From Bifidobacterium breve (GTDB lineage Bacteria > Actinomycetota > Acidimicrobiia > Acidimicrobiales > Acidimicrobilacustridaceae): 64,000 nt of DNA. Shown one piece after another: positions 38,421 to 48,985 of this stretch. Location of the stretch: positions 4,778 through 68,777 of the forward strand of contig CAMCTW010000001.1 in the NCBI GenBank assembly GCA_945878645.1, in the 5' to 3' direction. The notes under the pieces are model-generated. The model saw only the letters and a list, made by a program, of their open reading frames with translations. It made no database searches and was not told the origin of the DNA. The position numbers were made by a program, and so were the translations under genes. The first letter of the stretch is position 1; every line of letters starts with the position of its first letter.

Positions 38421-39296
38421 TCACCCGCGCCATTCAGCGAATGAACGACCAGTGATGCGCTCATAGGCATCGATGTACCGAGCGCTCGTGGTGTCGACGA
38501 CCTCGGCGGGCAACGCAGGTGCCGGAGGTTGCTTGTTCCAATCGAGCCCATCGAGATAGTCGCGCACCGGTTGCTTATCAAACGAAGGTGGCGTGCTGCC
38601 CGGCTTCCAACTTTCGGCCGCCCAGAACCGCGAAGAGTCCGGGGTCAGAACCTCGTCACACAGCACGAGTTCGCCATCGATGAGGCCCAATTCGAACTTG
38701 GTATCGGCCATGAGAATGCCCCGGGCTGCGGCCCATTCGGCGCCCTTCGTATAGAGCTGGAGTGATACCGACCGAGCTCGTTCAGCGAGATCGGGGCCAA
38801 TCAGCGCAACCGCCGCCTCGAAGGAGATGTTCTCGTCGTGGCCTTCGGCCGCCTTGGTCGAAGGAGTGAAAACCGGCTCGGGCAATTGGGCCGATTCGAG
38901 CAGCCCAGCGGGGAGTTCCTGGCCATGCATCGTGCCATCGGCCTTGTATTCCTTCCAAGCCGAACCGGTGAGATAGCCCCGAACGATGCATTCGATAGGC
39001 AGCATTTCGGCCTTACGGCACAACATGATGCGGCCCTGCCAGTCGTCACGCTGAGCCGGGGCAGGGCAGTCGTCGAGCGAGGTCGAGAGGAGATGGCTGC
39101 CCACCACACCCTGAAACTTCTCGAACCAGAAGGCCGACATGGCCGTGAGCACGCGGCCCTTGTCAGGAATGGGTTCGGCCATCACAACGTCGAACGCGCT
39201 CAGACGGTCGGAAGTGACCATGAGCAATCGGTTATCGCCCGCGTCGTAAATATCGCGAACTTTTCCTGAATAAATGTGGGGAAGTGCGTCGGTCAT
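38421..39296 (-). CDS. purC: SAICAR synthetase
   Basis: SGKVRDIY, SDRLSAFD, DTKFELG, DEVLTPDSSRFW, FDKQPVRD. Confidence 0.97.
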   Translation of the reverse strand: MTDALPHIYSGKVRDIYDAGDNRLLMVTSDRLSAFDVVMAEPIPDKGRVLTAMSAFWFEKFQGVVGSHLLSTSLDDCPAPAQRDDWQGRIMLCRKAEMLPIECIVRGYLTGSAWKEYKADGTMHGQELPAGLLESAQLPEPVFTPSTKAAEGHDENISFEAAVALIGPDLAERARSVSLQLYTKGAEWAAARGILMADTKFELGLIDGELVLCDEVLTPDSSRFWAAESWKPGSTPPSFDKQPVRDYLDGLDWNKQPPAPALPAEVVDTTSARYIDAYERITGRSFAEWRG

Positions 39297-39335
39297 GGCG
39301 GGTCTCCTGGAAGCGGCCGGCGGCAGGTCCTCAGA

Positions 39336-40766
39336 TCAGAGGATGTCTCCCGGACGATACCCAGCCGCAGCCGGATCTGCCGACACAAGGGCAGAAATTG
39401 TGGTCACAAATGAGGAGATCTGTTCGGGAGCACGACCAACAAAGTCGATTGGATTTGAAAGGACACCGGCAAGTTCATCGGGAGCAAGACCAAGGCGCGG
39501 ATCGGCAGCAAGGCGCTCGATGAGGTCATTGCCTTCGGCCCCGTCTTCGCGAAGTCGCAGCGCGGCTGCGACCGCATGTTCCTTGATGGCCTCGTGCGCT
39601 TGTTCACGGCCCACGCCGTTACGCACCGCAGCAACAAGAACTTTCGTGGTCGCAAGGAAGGGAAGGTACCGATCGAGTTCACGCTCGATAACTGCGGGAT
39701 AGAAACCAAAATCATCGAGCACAGTCAAGAACGTTTCGAACAAACCGTCGATGGCGAGGAATGCGTCGGGCAATGCAACACGGCGCACAACCGAACAACT
39801 GACATCGCCTTCGTTCCATTGATCGCCGGCAAGTGAAGCAACCATTGTGAGATGGCCGCGCAGAATGGCCAGTAAACCGCCGATGCGCTCGCAACTACGA
39901 CTGTTCATCTTGTGCGGCATGGCCGAAGATCCGACCTGACCAGGACGGAATCCTTCAGTGGCAAGTTCTTGACCGGCCATGAGCCGAATCGTGAGCGCAA
40001 GATCGGCAGGACCAGCAGCGGCCTGCACGAGCGCCGACACCACATCGAGATCAAGCGAGCGCGGATACACCTGACCAACGTTGGTGAGCCATGCATCGAA
40101 GCCAAGGTGCGCAGCCACACGAGATTCAAGTTGTTCGAGACGCGCGCCGTCGCCATCGAACAGATCAAGCATGTCTTGCTGCGTGCCAACCGGACCCTTG
40201 ATACCTCGCATCGGATAACGCGCAAGGAGATCGTCGACTCGGTACAGCGCTTGCAACAGCTCTTCACCAGCATTGGCAAAGCGCTTGCCGAGCGTGGTGG
40301 CTTGCGCGGGAACATTGTGCGAGCGGCCCGCCATAACAACCGTTGCTGATTCCGCGGCGCGTTCGGCCAAACGAGCCAGCGCCGCGAGCATGCGGCCGCG
40401 AATGACAACCAGTGAACGACGCAACTGCAGTTGCTCGACGTTCTCGGTGAGATCGCGCGAGGTCATGCCCTTGTGGATCTGCTCATGACCCGCCAATGCA
40501 CAGAACTCGTCGATACGAGCTTTCACATCGTGACGAGTAACGCGCTCACGAGCATCGATGGAATCGAGATCGACCTGATCGATAACCCGGCGATAGGCAT
40601 CGATGGCATCATCGGGAACGGCAACACCGAGATCACGCTGAGCTTCAAGAACGGCAAGCCAGAGTTCCCGTTCGAGAACAATTTTCTGTTCAGGCGACCA
40701 CAGTCGGACCATCTCAGCGCTCGCATAACGAGCAGCAAGAACATTGGGCACTGACGTGGACGCCAT
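39336..40766 (-). CDS. purB: Adenylosuccinate lyase
   Basis: RHDVKA, HKGMTSRD, GSSAMPHKMN. Confidence 0.96.
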   Translation of the reverse strand: MASTSVPNVLAARYASAEMVRLWSPEQKIVLERELWLAVLEAQRDLGVAVPDDAIDAYRRVIDQVDLDSIDARERVTRHDVKARIDEFCALAGHEQIHKGMTSRDLTENVEQLQLRRSLVVIRGRMLAALARLAERAAESATVVMAGRSHNVPAQATTLGKRFANAGEELLQALYRVDDLLARYPMRGIKGPVGTQQDMLDLFDGDGARLEQLESRVAAHLGFDAWLTNVGQVYPRSLDLDVVSALVQAAAGPADLALTIRLMAGQELATEGFRPGQVGSSAMPHKMNSRSCERIGGLLAILRGHLTMVASLAGDQWNEGDVSCSVVRRVALPDAFLAIDGLFETFLTVLDDFGFYPAVIERELDRYLPFLATTKVLVAAVRNGVGREQAHEAIKEHAVAAALRLREDGAEGNDLIERLAADPRLGLAPDELAGVLSNPIDFVGRAPEQISSFVTTISALVSADPAAAGYRPGDIL

Positions 40767-40844
40767 TCGGTCTCCTCGATGGCCCGAAGCGGGCACCTCA
40801 TAAGGATACGACGACACCGAGGTGATCTCGGTGCGATTTACAAA

Positions 40845-41294
40845 TCAGGGATTGGCGCGGCGAGCTCGGTCTTCAAGCAACTTGGCCTGGAGTCCTGTAT
40901 CGGTAATCGCCAACATTTCGACCACAAGAAGCGCCGCATTCACTGAACCATCGATAGCCACAGTGGCTACGGGAATACCCCGAGGCATCTGAACCGTCGA
41001 ATACAGCGCATCGACACCGTTAATGGCACCACCAGAAAGCGGAACGCCGACCACCGGAAGCGTGGTGTGAGCAGCAACAACGCCAGCGAGATGGGCGGCC
41101 ATGCCTGCGCCACAAATGAATGCGATATAGCCATTTTCACGAGCAGAAGTAGCGAGCGCTGTCACTTCAGCAGGGTTGCGATGGGCCGAGAGCACTCGCA
41201 CATCGGCCTCGATACCGAACGCTTCAAGCGTGTCGGCCGCGCCTTGCATCTTGTCGCGATCGTTGGGCGAACCCATAAGAATGGCAACCTTCAT
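40845..41294 (-). CDS. purE: N5-CAIR mutase / AIR carboxylase
   Basis: [34 protein letters not shown]. Confidence 0.96.
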   Translation of the reverse strand: MKVAILMGSPNDRDKMQGAADTLEAFGIEADVRVLSAHRNPAEVTALATSARENGYIAFICGAGMAAHLAGVVAAHTTLPVVGVPLSGGAINGVDALYSTVQMPRGIPVATVAIDGSVNAALLVVEMLAITDTGLQAKLLEDRARRANP

Positions 41295-42532
41295 CGGGAT
41301 CCTCCATTGGTAGTGGCCGCAGCGGCCGAAGCTATGTCGTTGCGATGTTGCAGACCGGGCCAAGAAATCTTGCCGACTGCTTCATACGCAGTCTGCCGGG
41401 CTTTAGCAATAGTGGCACCCTGGCCTGTCACCGTGAGTACTCGGCCGCCTGCAGTAACGAGTTGGCCCTGCTCATTTGCATCGACACCAGCGCAGAACAC
41501 GGTTGCACCGGCAACCGATTGCGCGTCGTCGAGACCGTTGATGACGTCTCCGCGGCGCACATCGCGCGGGTAGCCCTCGGCGGCACAAACAACTGTGACA
41601 GCTGCGCCGTCGTCGAATGTTGGCGCCGCGCCGAGTTGACCAGCTGCGGCCGAGGCGAGGAGCTCGCCGAGATCGCTTGTGAGCCGAGGAAGAACGACCT
41701 GCGTTTCCGGATCACCGAAGCGAACGTTGTATTCGAGCATCTTCGGACCTGTGGGCGTAAGCATGAGACCGGCATAGAGAACCCCGCGGTAATCGATACC
41801 GATAGAGCGCAGATAGGCCAACGTCGACAACACGCCGTCGTTCATTACGGCATCGATCACGGACTGATCGGCAACAGGAACCGGCGAGTACGCGCCCATG
41901 CCGCCGGTGTTGGGGCCAGCATCACCATCGCCAACACGTTTGAAATCCTGTGCGGGCGAAAGCGCAACCGCGTTCGTTCCATCACAAATAGCCAGAACAG
42001 AAACTTCTGGGCCTGTGAGGCCTTCTTCAATGACCAGCGTGCGACCGGCATCACCGAATGCATCACCCGAGAGATAGTCCCGCACCGCGTCACGAGCCTC
42101 TTCAAGAGATGTTGTGACAACAACACCCTTGCCCGCAGCAAGACCGTCGGTCTTTACGACATACAAACCGTCGAGCGTGTCGAGAAACGCGAATGCCGGC
42201 TCGGCTTCGGTGAACGTGCCGTGTCGCGCGGTCGGAACACCGGCGGCAACCAACACGTCTTTCATCCACGCCTTTGAACCTTCAAGTCGAGCCCCGTCAG
42301 CTCCGGGGCCAAACACCAACTTGCCTGCCGCGCGCAGTTCATCGGCCAAACCAGCAACCAGCGGGGCTTCGGGACCAATCACATAGAGATCGGCGTCGAT
42401 CTCCATTGCGGGCGTGGACACGGAACCGGGAATGCCGGGGTTACCTGGAGTGACAACAACTTCATGATGACGTCGCAGCACCGTCGCGAGCGCATGCTCG
42501 CGTCCACCGGAACCAACGACACAAACGTTCAT
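41291..42532 (-). CDS. purD: Phosphoribosylamine--glycine ligase
   Basis: [42 protein letters not shown]. Confidence 0.97.
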   Translation of the reverse strand: MNVCVVGSGGREHALATVLRRHHEVVVTPGNPGIPGSVSTPAMEIDADLYVIGPEAPLVAGLADELRAAGKLVFGPGADGARLEGSKAWMKDVLVAAGVPTARHGTFTEAEPAFAFLDTLDGLYVVKTDGLAAGKGVVVTTSLEEARDAVRDYLSGDAFGDAGRTLVIEEGLTGPEVSVLAICDGTNAVALSPAQDFKRVGDGDAGPNTGGMGAYSPVPVADQSVIDAVMNDGVLSTLAYLRSIGIDYRGVLYAGLMLTPTGPKMLEYNVRFGDPETQVVLPRLTSDLGELLASAAAGQLGAAPTFDDGAAVTVVCAAEGYPRDVRRGDVINGLDDAQSVAGATVFCAGVDANEQGQLVTAGGRVLTVTGQGATIAKARQTAYEAVGKISWPGLQHRNDIASAAAATTNGGSR

Positions 42533-43812
42533 CAGCCGTTGAAGTTCAGGTACTGATCGCGTCCCGGACCAACGCCTACAAGGCCGATTGGTACGCCGAT
42601 CTGCTCTTGCAAGAACGTCACGTAATCAAGCGCCTCTTTCGGCAATCCTTCACGCGTTGTCACGGCTGAAATATCAGTCTTCCAACCGGGGAACTCGGCA
42701 TAGACCGGCGTGACTTCATGCAACACCGACTGGTGATACGGAAGATGCGTGAACGTTTCGCCATTGAGTTCATAGGCAATACAAACTTTGACGGAGTCGA
42801 ATGTGTCGAACACATCAAGTTTTGTGAGCGCAATTTCCGACAACGAATTGAGACGGACCGCGTGACGCAACATCACGACGTCGCACCAACCCGTGCGACG
42901 ACGCCGGCCAGTATTTGTTCCGTACTCGTGACCAATCTCAATCAGCGCGTCACCAATTTCGTCGGTGAGTTCGGTGGGAAATGGACCTGAACCAACCCGT
43001 GTTGTGTACGCCTTAGCAATACCAACAACGCGATCGATATAACGGGGACCGATGCCCGCTCCGGTGCATGCGCCGCCAGCAACAGGATTCGAAGACGTCA
43101 CAAATGGGTACGTGCCGTGATCAAGATCGAGGAACGTGGCCTGCGCGCCCTCAAGCAGAACGTTCTCGCCCGCTTCAAGTGATTCGTGGATGAGATTCAC
43201 CGAATCGGTGATCATTGGCGCAAGACGCGGTGCGCAAATATTGAGGTATTCGTCAGCGATGGCATCACCATCAAGCGGCAGCTGATTAAAGACCTTGGCG
43301 AAGATCGCGTTCTTTTCCTTCAGCGCGACTTCGAGCTTTTGGCGGAAGATTTTTGGATCGAGAAGATCCTGAACACGCAGACCGACTCGCGCCGCCTTGT
43401 CGGCATAGGCCGGACCGATACCGCGCTTGGTGGTACCGACTTTGTTCTTGCCAAGACGACGCTCGGTGAGCTTGTCGAGTTCCTGGTGGTACGGGAGGAT
43501 CAAATGCGCGTTGCCGCTGATCTTGAGCTTTGACGTATCGACGCCCTTACCTTCAAGCATGTCGAGTTCGGCGATGAGCACGCGAGGGTCGACCACAACG
43601 CCATTACCGATAACCGGCGTGATGTGCGGATAGAGGATGCCGCTCGGCACGAGTTGGAGTTTGAACGACTCACCATCGACCACGAGGGTGTGGCCCGCGT
43701 TATGTCCACCTTGATAGCGGACGACGAGATGTTGATCACGGGCGAACAGGTCGGTGAACTTGCCCTTCCCCTCGTCACCCCACTGGGTTCCGACGACGAC
43801 GGTTGCTGGCAC
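42532..43812 (-). CDS. purA: Adenylosuccinate synthetase
   Basis: [32 protein letters not shown]. Confidence 0.97.
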   Translation of the reverse strand: MPATVVVGTQWGDEGKGKFTDLFARDQHLVVRYQGGHNAGHTLVVDGESFKLQLVPSGILYPHITPVIGNGVVVDPRVLIAELDMLEGKGVDTSKLKISGNAHLILPYHQELDKLTERRLGKNKVGTTKRGIGPAYADKAARVGLRVQDLLDPKIFRQKLEVALKEKNAIFAKVFNQLPLDGDAIADEYLNICAPRLAPMITDSVNLIHESLEAGENVLLEGAQATFLDLDHGTYPFVTSSNPVAGGACTGAGIGPRYIDRVVGIAKAYTTRVGSGPFPTELTDEIGDALIEIGHEYGTNTGRRRRTGWCDVVMLRHAVRLNSLSEIALTKLDVFDTFDSVKVCIAYELNGETFTHLPYHQSVLHEVTPVYAEFPGWKTDISAVTTREGLPKEALDYVTFLQEQIGVPIGLVGVGPGRDQYLNFNG

Positions 43813-43942
43813 GGTGAACTCCTCAAGGGCACTGCATGGGGACCGGTAAACACTACCCGTTCACCTTTCCTCTCTCCCCACTCAATTCCGATCTGTCCCA
43901 AAGGATCCGAGCGATCGAACCTCGCTGTCTAGGCTCATCACG

Positions 43943-44911
43943 ATGATGACCGCCGCCCCCCGCCCCACCGGCGCTAACCGGGTCATGCCCTACATCCGCA
44001 TTATGCGGGTCGACCACTGGTTCAAGAACGTCTTCGTGCTTCCGGGCATCGTCGTGGCGATGAGTTCCCAGAGCAGCATCGAATGGTCGAGCCTGCTCCG
44101 GAACTTCATCATCGGGATGGCGGCTGTTTGTCTCGTTGCATCAAGTAATTACGTGATTAACGAAGTTCTTGATGCACCATTCGACCTTCACCACCCAATC
44201 AAGAAGAACCGACCGGTGCCTTCGGGATTGGTCAACCTCAAGATCGCCTACGTCGAGTGGATTGCCTTGATGGTCATCGGGCTCGGCCTCGGCGCGCTCG
44301 TCAGCGCTCCGCTCGTTCTTTCCCTCGCCGGACTTTGGATCGCGGGATGCGTGTACAACATCCCACCCGTGCGCACGAAGGACGTTCCCTATCTCGATGT
44401 CCTAACCGAGTCGATCAACAATCCGTTGCGAATGCTTATGGGTTGGTACATCGTTCCGAGCAGCCCCACGGCACCGGCATCGCTGCTTATCTCTTATTGG
44501 ATGATCGGCTGCTTCTTCATGGGGCTCAAACGATTCGCTGAATATCGTGATATGGCCGATCAACGCGACGAGCAGATTCGCTATCGGAAATCGTTCGCTG
44601 TCTACAACGAACAGCGCCTGCTTGTTTCGATCATGTTTTATGCAGCTTCAGGAATGCTTTTCTTCGGTGCATTCGTGCAGCGCTATCGCATTGAACTCAT
44701 TCTTTCTTTCCCATTAGTGGCGCTCATCATGGCCATCTATTTCAAACTCGCGTTTCAATCATCGAGTCCAGTGGAACATCCGGAGAAGCTGTACAAAGAA
44801 CGCGGGCTCATGGGGGCAGTCATCAGTTGCTCGGCGTTGATGATCGTGTTGCTCTTCGTGAACATCCCTGCGCTCATGGATATGTTCCCGATGTCGGCCT
44901 GGAACCGTTAA
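43943..44911 (+). CDS. UbiA-family polyprenyl-phosphate phosphoribosyltransferase-like protein
   Basis: RVDHWFKNVFV, NYVINEVLD..FD..HPIKKNRP, KDVPYLDV, GLKRFAE, PEKL. Confidence 0.85.
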   Translation: MMTAAPRPTGANRVMPYIRIMRVDHWFKNVFVLPGIVVAMSSQSSIEWSSLLRNFIIGMAAVCLVASSNYVINEVLDAPFDLHHPIKKNRPVPSGLVNLKIAYVEWIALMVIGLGLGALVSAPLVLSLAGLWIAGCVYNIPPVRTKDVPYLDVLTESINNPLRMLMGWYIVPSSPTAPASLLISYWMIGCFFMGLKRFAEYRDMADQRDEQIRYRKSFAVYNEQRLLVSIMFYAASGMLFFGAFVQRYRIELILSFPLVALIMAIYFKLAFQSSSPVEHPEKLYKERGLMGAVISCSALMIVLLFVNIPALMDMFPMSAWNR

Positions 44912-46882
44912 CTACTGACGAGCCTGCAGTTTCTCGCACAATGAAGCAGGAACCTCGGTCTCGGTCCAGTTCGGATTCACAACAGATCCAGAGCTGTTGC
45001 TGACCGGAGCACCAACCACGCTCGTTCCATTCACCACAACACGACCGTCGTGGCCGAAGTCGGTGTACGGATCAAAGACGATGTCAATGGTTGACGGACC
45101 GTTGTTGGCCATCTTCACCGGCGCAGACTCTTCAACGGTTCCATTTCCATAGTCCCAGCGGAACACCACGAGGTCCTCGGTCCGAGACGCGCGCACCGCC
45201 CATTCAGGGTTCGAAAGAATCGTCTGTTCGCCAGCGCCAATAGATCCACTGAGTCGATAGGCGAATGACCCGCCGAAGCGGCGTTCGAGCGGACTCCAGC
45301 CGTAACCATCAGTTCGATACACCGCATCGCAATGGCCCATGACCACGATCGTTCCCGGTGCAACACCGGAAGGAAATTGCCCGTCCTCCCTGACAATCAC
45401 CGATGGCCCAGTTCCGCCGAGGAATAGGTCATTGATCGAGTACTGCAACTCGACGAAGGAACGTGCGCCGGATTCACTCGGGAGAATCGAGAACGCCCGT
45501 GTTGAAATCGCAAGGCCTAGTTGATTCCAGAAACCGAAGGCGAACAGCAGGATCATGGCCACAACAACGGTTCGACGAATCCATTGGCGCCATGTCTTTG
45601 CAGTTCGAGCAACGATCCAAACTCCCGGCGCGGCAAGCACAACAAATACCGGAACCAGGTCAGCCAAATAACGATGGGCGAGATAGCCGAACGTAAGTGT
45701 GCTCGTTGTCGCCACGATCGAGGCCAAAGCAATCACCGACCACTGACGAATTTTATCGCGAACAATCGTCCACCACGCTCCAACAAGACCAAACACGAAA
45801 AGCAACGGTGCACTCGTGAGGATGGAGCCGGTCTGATCGATTGCGTCGAAGCGGGCGTTTCCGATGACCGTGGCCTTGGCGGGCCAAGTCACAAACGGAA
45901 AGAACTCATCCCACTGAAAAGCGAAGGGAGAGAAATACCGAGCAACGTTCGTAGGAACAAACTTGAGCCCGAAGAGACTTCCGTTGTTGCTTGCGAGTGC
46001 GACTTGGCGAACAGTATTGGATTTCGAAAACACCTGAACCGGCAACGGAACGTCTGAAACAGAACGAAAGCGCAACCAGTTGACGAGCGCGAATCCGAGA
46101 AACGGAATCACAGCAGCCACAAGCACAACCAACGAACGTTTCCATTGACCCTTCCAAGCGATTCCCAGTCCGAACAATCCCAGCGCCAACGCCGGGCCCG
46201 CACCCGCTGATGGTCGGCAAGAGAGCGCAAATGTCGCAAGCGCCACTGCTTCGATGAGATGTCGGCGCGTCGGTACTCGCCACCAGCGAATGACGAGATC
46301 AAGTCCCGCAAGACCTGCAGCTGCTCCCCACAATTCCGCCTCGTGATACACGAGCGCTCGCGATGAGAAGTACAGCAGCGGGGTTCCGAGCGTGGCGACG
46401 ACAGCGAACGCGCCGAACCACCAGGCTGCGCCTTCGTGTGCGTTCGCCACCAATGACTTTGCCCGCTTGAGTAATCGTGCTGCAGCAAGTCCAAGCACGC
46501 TGAGTGCGATCAATTCACTCAGCAGCGAAAGTCGTCTGTCGAAGACATTGGAAATTCCAGAGAATGGCAACCGCATGATCGCCGGACCAATGCCGAAGTA
46601 GATCTGTGTCTTGCCATCGATTTCGAAACCTTCGATGCCGGCAACGTTCGCGGGAACATCGAGATGACCATGCACGAGCGCACGGGCCTGAACGTCATAG
46701 AAGTCCGTGGTGTACGGACCTTTGTCGAACAGATGCCACGGCTGAAGACATGTTGCAATCAGCCAGAAGACAACAACGGCCACAAGCGTGCCACCGCGGG
46801 CCCACTTACGTTCGTTCTTTGTCAATCGTCCGGCGTCATCGCTCTCGACGACGTTCTCGAACTTTGCGACCGGTGCCACCAC
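44912..46882 (-). CDS. Polytopic membrane protein, GT-C glycosyltransferase-like
   Basis: More than 10 TM; DFYDVQARAL after TM1, YFGIGPA, YHEAELWG, RYLADL; soluble C-terminal domain; start uncertain. Confidence 0.7.
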   Translation of the reverse strand: MVAPVAKFENVVESDDAGRLTKNERKWARGGTLVAVVVFWLIATCLQPWHLFDKGPYTTDFYDVQARALVHGHLDVPANVAGIEGFEIDGKTQIYFGIGPAIMRLPFSGISNVFDRRLSLLSELIALSVLGLAAARLLKRAKSLVANAHEGAAWWFGAFAVVATLGTPLLYFSSRALVYHEAELWGAAAGLAGLDLVIRWWRVPTRRHLIEAVALATFALSCRPSAGAGPALALGLFGLGIAWKGQWKRSLVVLVAAVIPFLGFALVNWLRFRSVSDVPLPVQVFSKSNTVRQVALASNNGSLFGLKFVPTNVARYFSPFAFQWDEFFPFVTWPAKATVIGNARFDAIDQTGSILTSAPLLFVFGLVGAWWTIVRDKIRQWSVIALASIVATTSTLTFGYLAHRYLADLVPVFVVLAAPGVWIVARTAKTWRQWIRRTVVVAMILLFAFGFWNQLGLAISTRAFSILPSESGARSFVELQYSINDLFLGGTGPSVIVREDGQFPSGVAPGTIVVMGHCDAVYRTDGYGWSPLERRFGGSFAYRLSGSIGAGEQTILSNPEWAVRASRTEDLVVFRWDYGNGTVEESAPVKMANNGPSTIDIVFDPYTDFGHDGRVVVNGTSVVGAPVSNSSGSVVNPNWTETEVPASLCEKLQARQ

Positions 46883-46892
46883 CTCGAAGACG

Positions 46893-47309
46893 TTACTGCT
46901 GAGAAAGGCGGCGAAGGACCTCGGCGGCATTCCCAAACGGAGCCACCGACTGTCGAAGCGGAACCAAATCGCGCCGGTAGGAGCGATGTGTTTCTTCGAT
47001 AGCCACTGACATCTCCACCCGAGACTGAATGAGCGCCGACTCAAGCGCCGCGATATGCGCTTCAAGTGCAAGCACTTTCTTCACACCAGCGAGATTCAAT
47101 CCTTCGTCGGTGAGATCTTGAATACGACGAAGGTGATCAATGTCAGCCTGGCTGTAGCGCCGTGAACCACCAGTGGTTCGCGCTGGTTCGAGCAATCCTT
47201 TGCGCTCGTAGATGCGCAGTGTTTGTGGATGCACGCCTGCGAGTTCGGCGGCTACCGAGATGATGTAGACCGCACGCATTTGAGCATTGGAATCGGACAT
47301 CGGACTCAT
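46893..47309 (-). CDS. hspR: Heat-shock repressor HspR (MerR family)
   Basis: YIISVAAELAGVHPQTLRIYERKGL..PARTTGGSRRYS; follows dnaJ. Confidence 0.95.
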   Translation of the reverse strand: MSPMSDSNAQMRAVYIISVAAELAGVHPQTLRIYERKGLLEPARTTGGSRRYSQADIDHLRRIQDLTDEGLNLAGVKKVLALEAHIAALESALIQSRVEMSVAIEETHRSYRRDLVPLRQSVAPFGNAAEVLRRLSQQ

Positions 47310-47311
47310 GT

Positions 47312-48448
47312 TCAGACCCCCAAGTAGTCGCGAGGAGCAGCAGGGAACGCAGCGGCCATGGCCTCGAGCGCGTCACGCTGTTCATCATTGAGTTTGGTTG
47401 GGACATCGACCTGCACCGTGACGAGTAAGTCGCCAGTGACTTTCTTTGTTACAACACCACGGCCCTTCACACGAAAGACCTTGCCCGTTGGCGAACCCGC
47501 AGGAATCTTGAGCGTGACGGGCTTGCCGTCGAGTGTCGGCACCGTGAGCTTCGTGCCGAGTGTTGCTTCGGCGAATGTCACCGGAACGTTGATGGTGAGG
47601 TTCTTTCCGTCACGGCCAAAGATTTCGTCGCGATCGACGTGGACGATCACATAGAGATCACCAATCTCGCCGCCATTGCGACCAGCCCCGCCGCGGCCTT
47701 TCAACTTGATCCGCTGACCATCGTCGACACCAGCAGGAATACGCACCTTCACTTCGCGTGCGCGTCGTTCGACACCAGACCCGCGACAGGTTCCACACGG
47801 GGATGTAATAACCGAACCCGCGCCACCGCAGACCGGACATGGTGAAGAGAACGAGAACATTCCTTGGTTGTCGTCAGCCACACCGCGTCCGCGACAGTGC
47901 TGACACGTCGTCGGAGCGGTACCCGGTTTAGCGCCAGAACCTTTACAGGTCTCGCACGGAAGATCACTGCTCAAATGCAGCGCTGTCTCGCTTCCGGCGA
48001 AGGCGTCGCGAAAAGACAAGTGAATTTCAGCTTCAAGATCGGCGCCACGTTGCGGAGCGCGGCCGCGAGTCTGTCGACCGCGTCGACCGCCGCCTCCCCC
48101 GCCAAACATGCCGCCAAGCAGATCGCTGAAATCGGCGCCTTCATAACCACCAGCGCCGGGATTGAAGCCGGCGCCACCGCGGCCACCGCCAAATCCCATT
48201 CCACCCATCGGACCTTGGCGACGAACCTGGTCGTACTCGGTGCGTTTGGTTTCATCGCCGACTACGTCGTAGGCCGCAGAGATTTCCTTGAACTTGTCTT
48301 CTGCTGAAGCGTTACCGGGGTTGGCATCGGGATGAAATTCCCGAGCCAACTTCCGGTACGCGCGCGTGATGTCCTTCGGTTCTGCCGTTTCCGACACACC
48401 GAGGACTTCGTAGTAGTTCTTGTCGAACCACTCGCGCTGCGGAGCCAC
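47312..48448 (-). CDS. dnaJ: Chaperone DnaJ
   Basis: HPD J-domain, G/F region, four CxxCxGxG repeats. Confidence 0.97.
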   Translation of the reverse strand: MAPQREWFDKNYYEVLGVSETAEPKDITRAYRKLAREFHPDANPGNASAEDKFKEISAAYDVVGDETKRTEYDQVRRQGPMGGMGFGGGRGGAGFNPGAGGYEGADFSDLLGGMFGGGGGGRRGRQTRGRAPQRGADLEAEIHLSFRDAFAGSETALHLSSDLPCETCKGSGAKPGTAPTTCQHCRGRGVADDNQGMFSFSSPCPVCGGAGSVITSPCGTCRGSGVERRAREVKVRIPAGVDDGQRIKLKGRGGAGRNGGEIGDLYVIVHVDRDEIFGRDGKNLTINVPVTFAEATLGTKLTVPTLDGKPVTLKIPAGSPTGKVFRVKGRGVVTKKVTGDLLVTVQVDVPTKLNDEQRDALEAMAAAFPAAPRDYLGV

Positions 48449-48451
48449 TTA

Positions 48452-48985
48452 CTATCCCTTGACCTTCACCATCGCCGGGCGTAACACCCGGGTTTTCCAT
48501 TGATACCCAGTACGGAGGGTCTCGATAACGATCGGTTCGCCACCGTCACCTTCTTCGTGCAGCACTGCATCGTGCAGATTCGGATCGAACGGTTCGTCAA
48601 CTGGCGTCAGTCGAACCAACCCTTCGCTTTCTAAAAGATCGGAAAGCATCTTGGCGATTGGTTCAACATCGGCAGAACCGTGTCCGATTGCTGCTTCACA
48701 CGCGTCGAGAACGACAAGCAGTTTCTCGGCCAGGTTTTCGTTGGCTCGTTCACGAAGTTCTATTTGCTCGCGTGCAACGCGCTTGCGGTAGTTGTCGAAT
48801 TCGGCTTTGACTCGAAGCATCGTGTCGCGAAAGTCGTCGCGTTCGGCCACGACTGCAGCAACATCGATCTCGTCGAAAACATCAGCGTCTTCAAAACCAA
48901 GTTCGCCACCGACTTCGGCTTCGGGTATTTCCTCGTCAGTCGGAGAGGTCTCCGGGGAGACCTCTCCGTCACCTGACACGGTCAC
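48452..48985 (-). CDS. grpE: Nucleotide exchange factor GrpE
   Basis: [20 protein letters not shown]...VLRPAMVKV. Confidence 0.96.
   Translation of the reverse strand: MTVSGDGEVSPETSPTDEEIPEAEVGGELGFEDADVFDEIDVAAVVAERDDFRDTMLRVKAEFDNYRKRVAREQIELRERANENLAEKLLVVLDACEAAIGHGSADVEPIAKMLSDLLESEGLVRLTPVDEPFDPNLHDAVLHEEGDGGEPIVIETLRTGYQWKTRVLRPAMVKVKG

Noticed and set aside
40767-40844. ZTP (pfl) riboswitch suggested by a GCCCG..GGGC hairpin before purB
   Set aside because: The conserved 5' P1/pseudoknot segment could not be found; kept only as an unexplained structured spacer.
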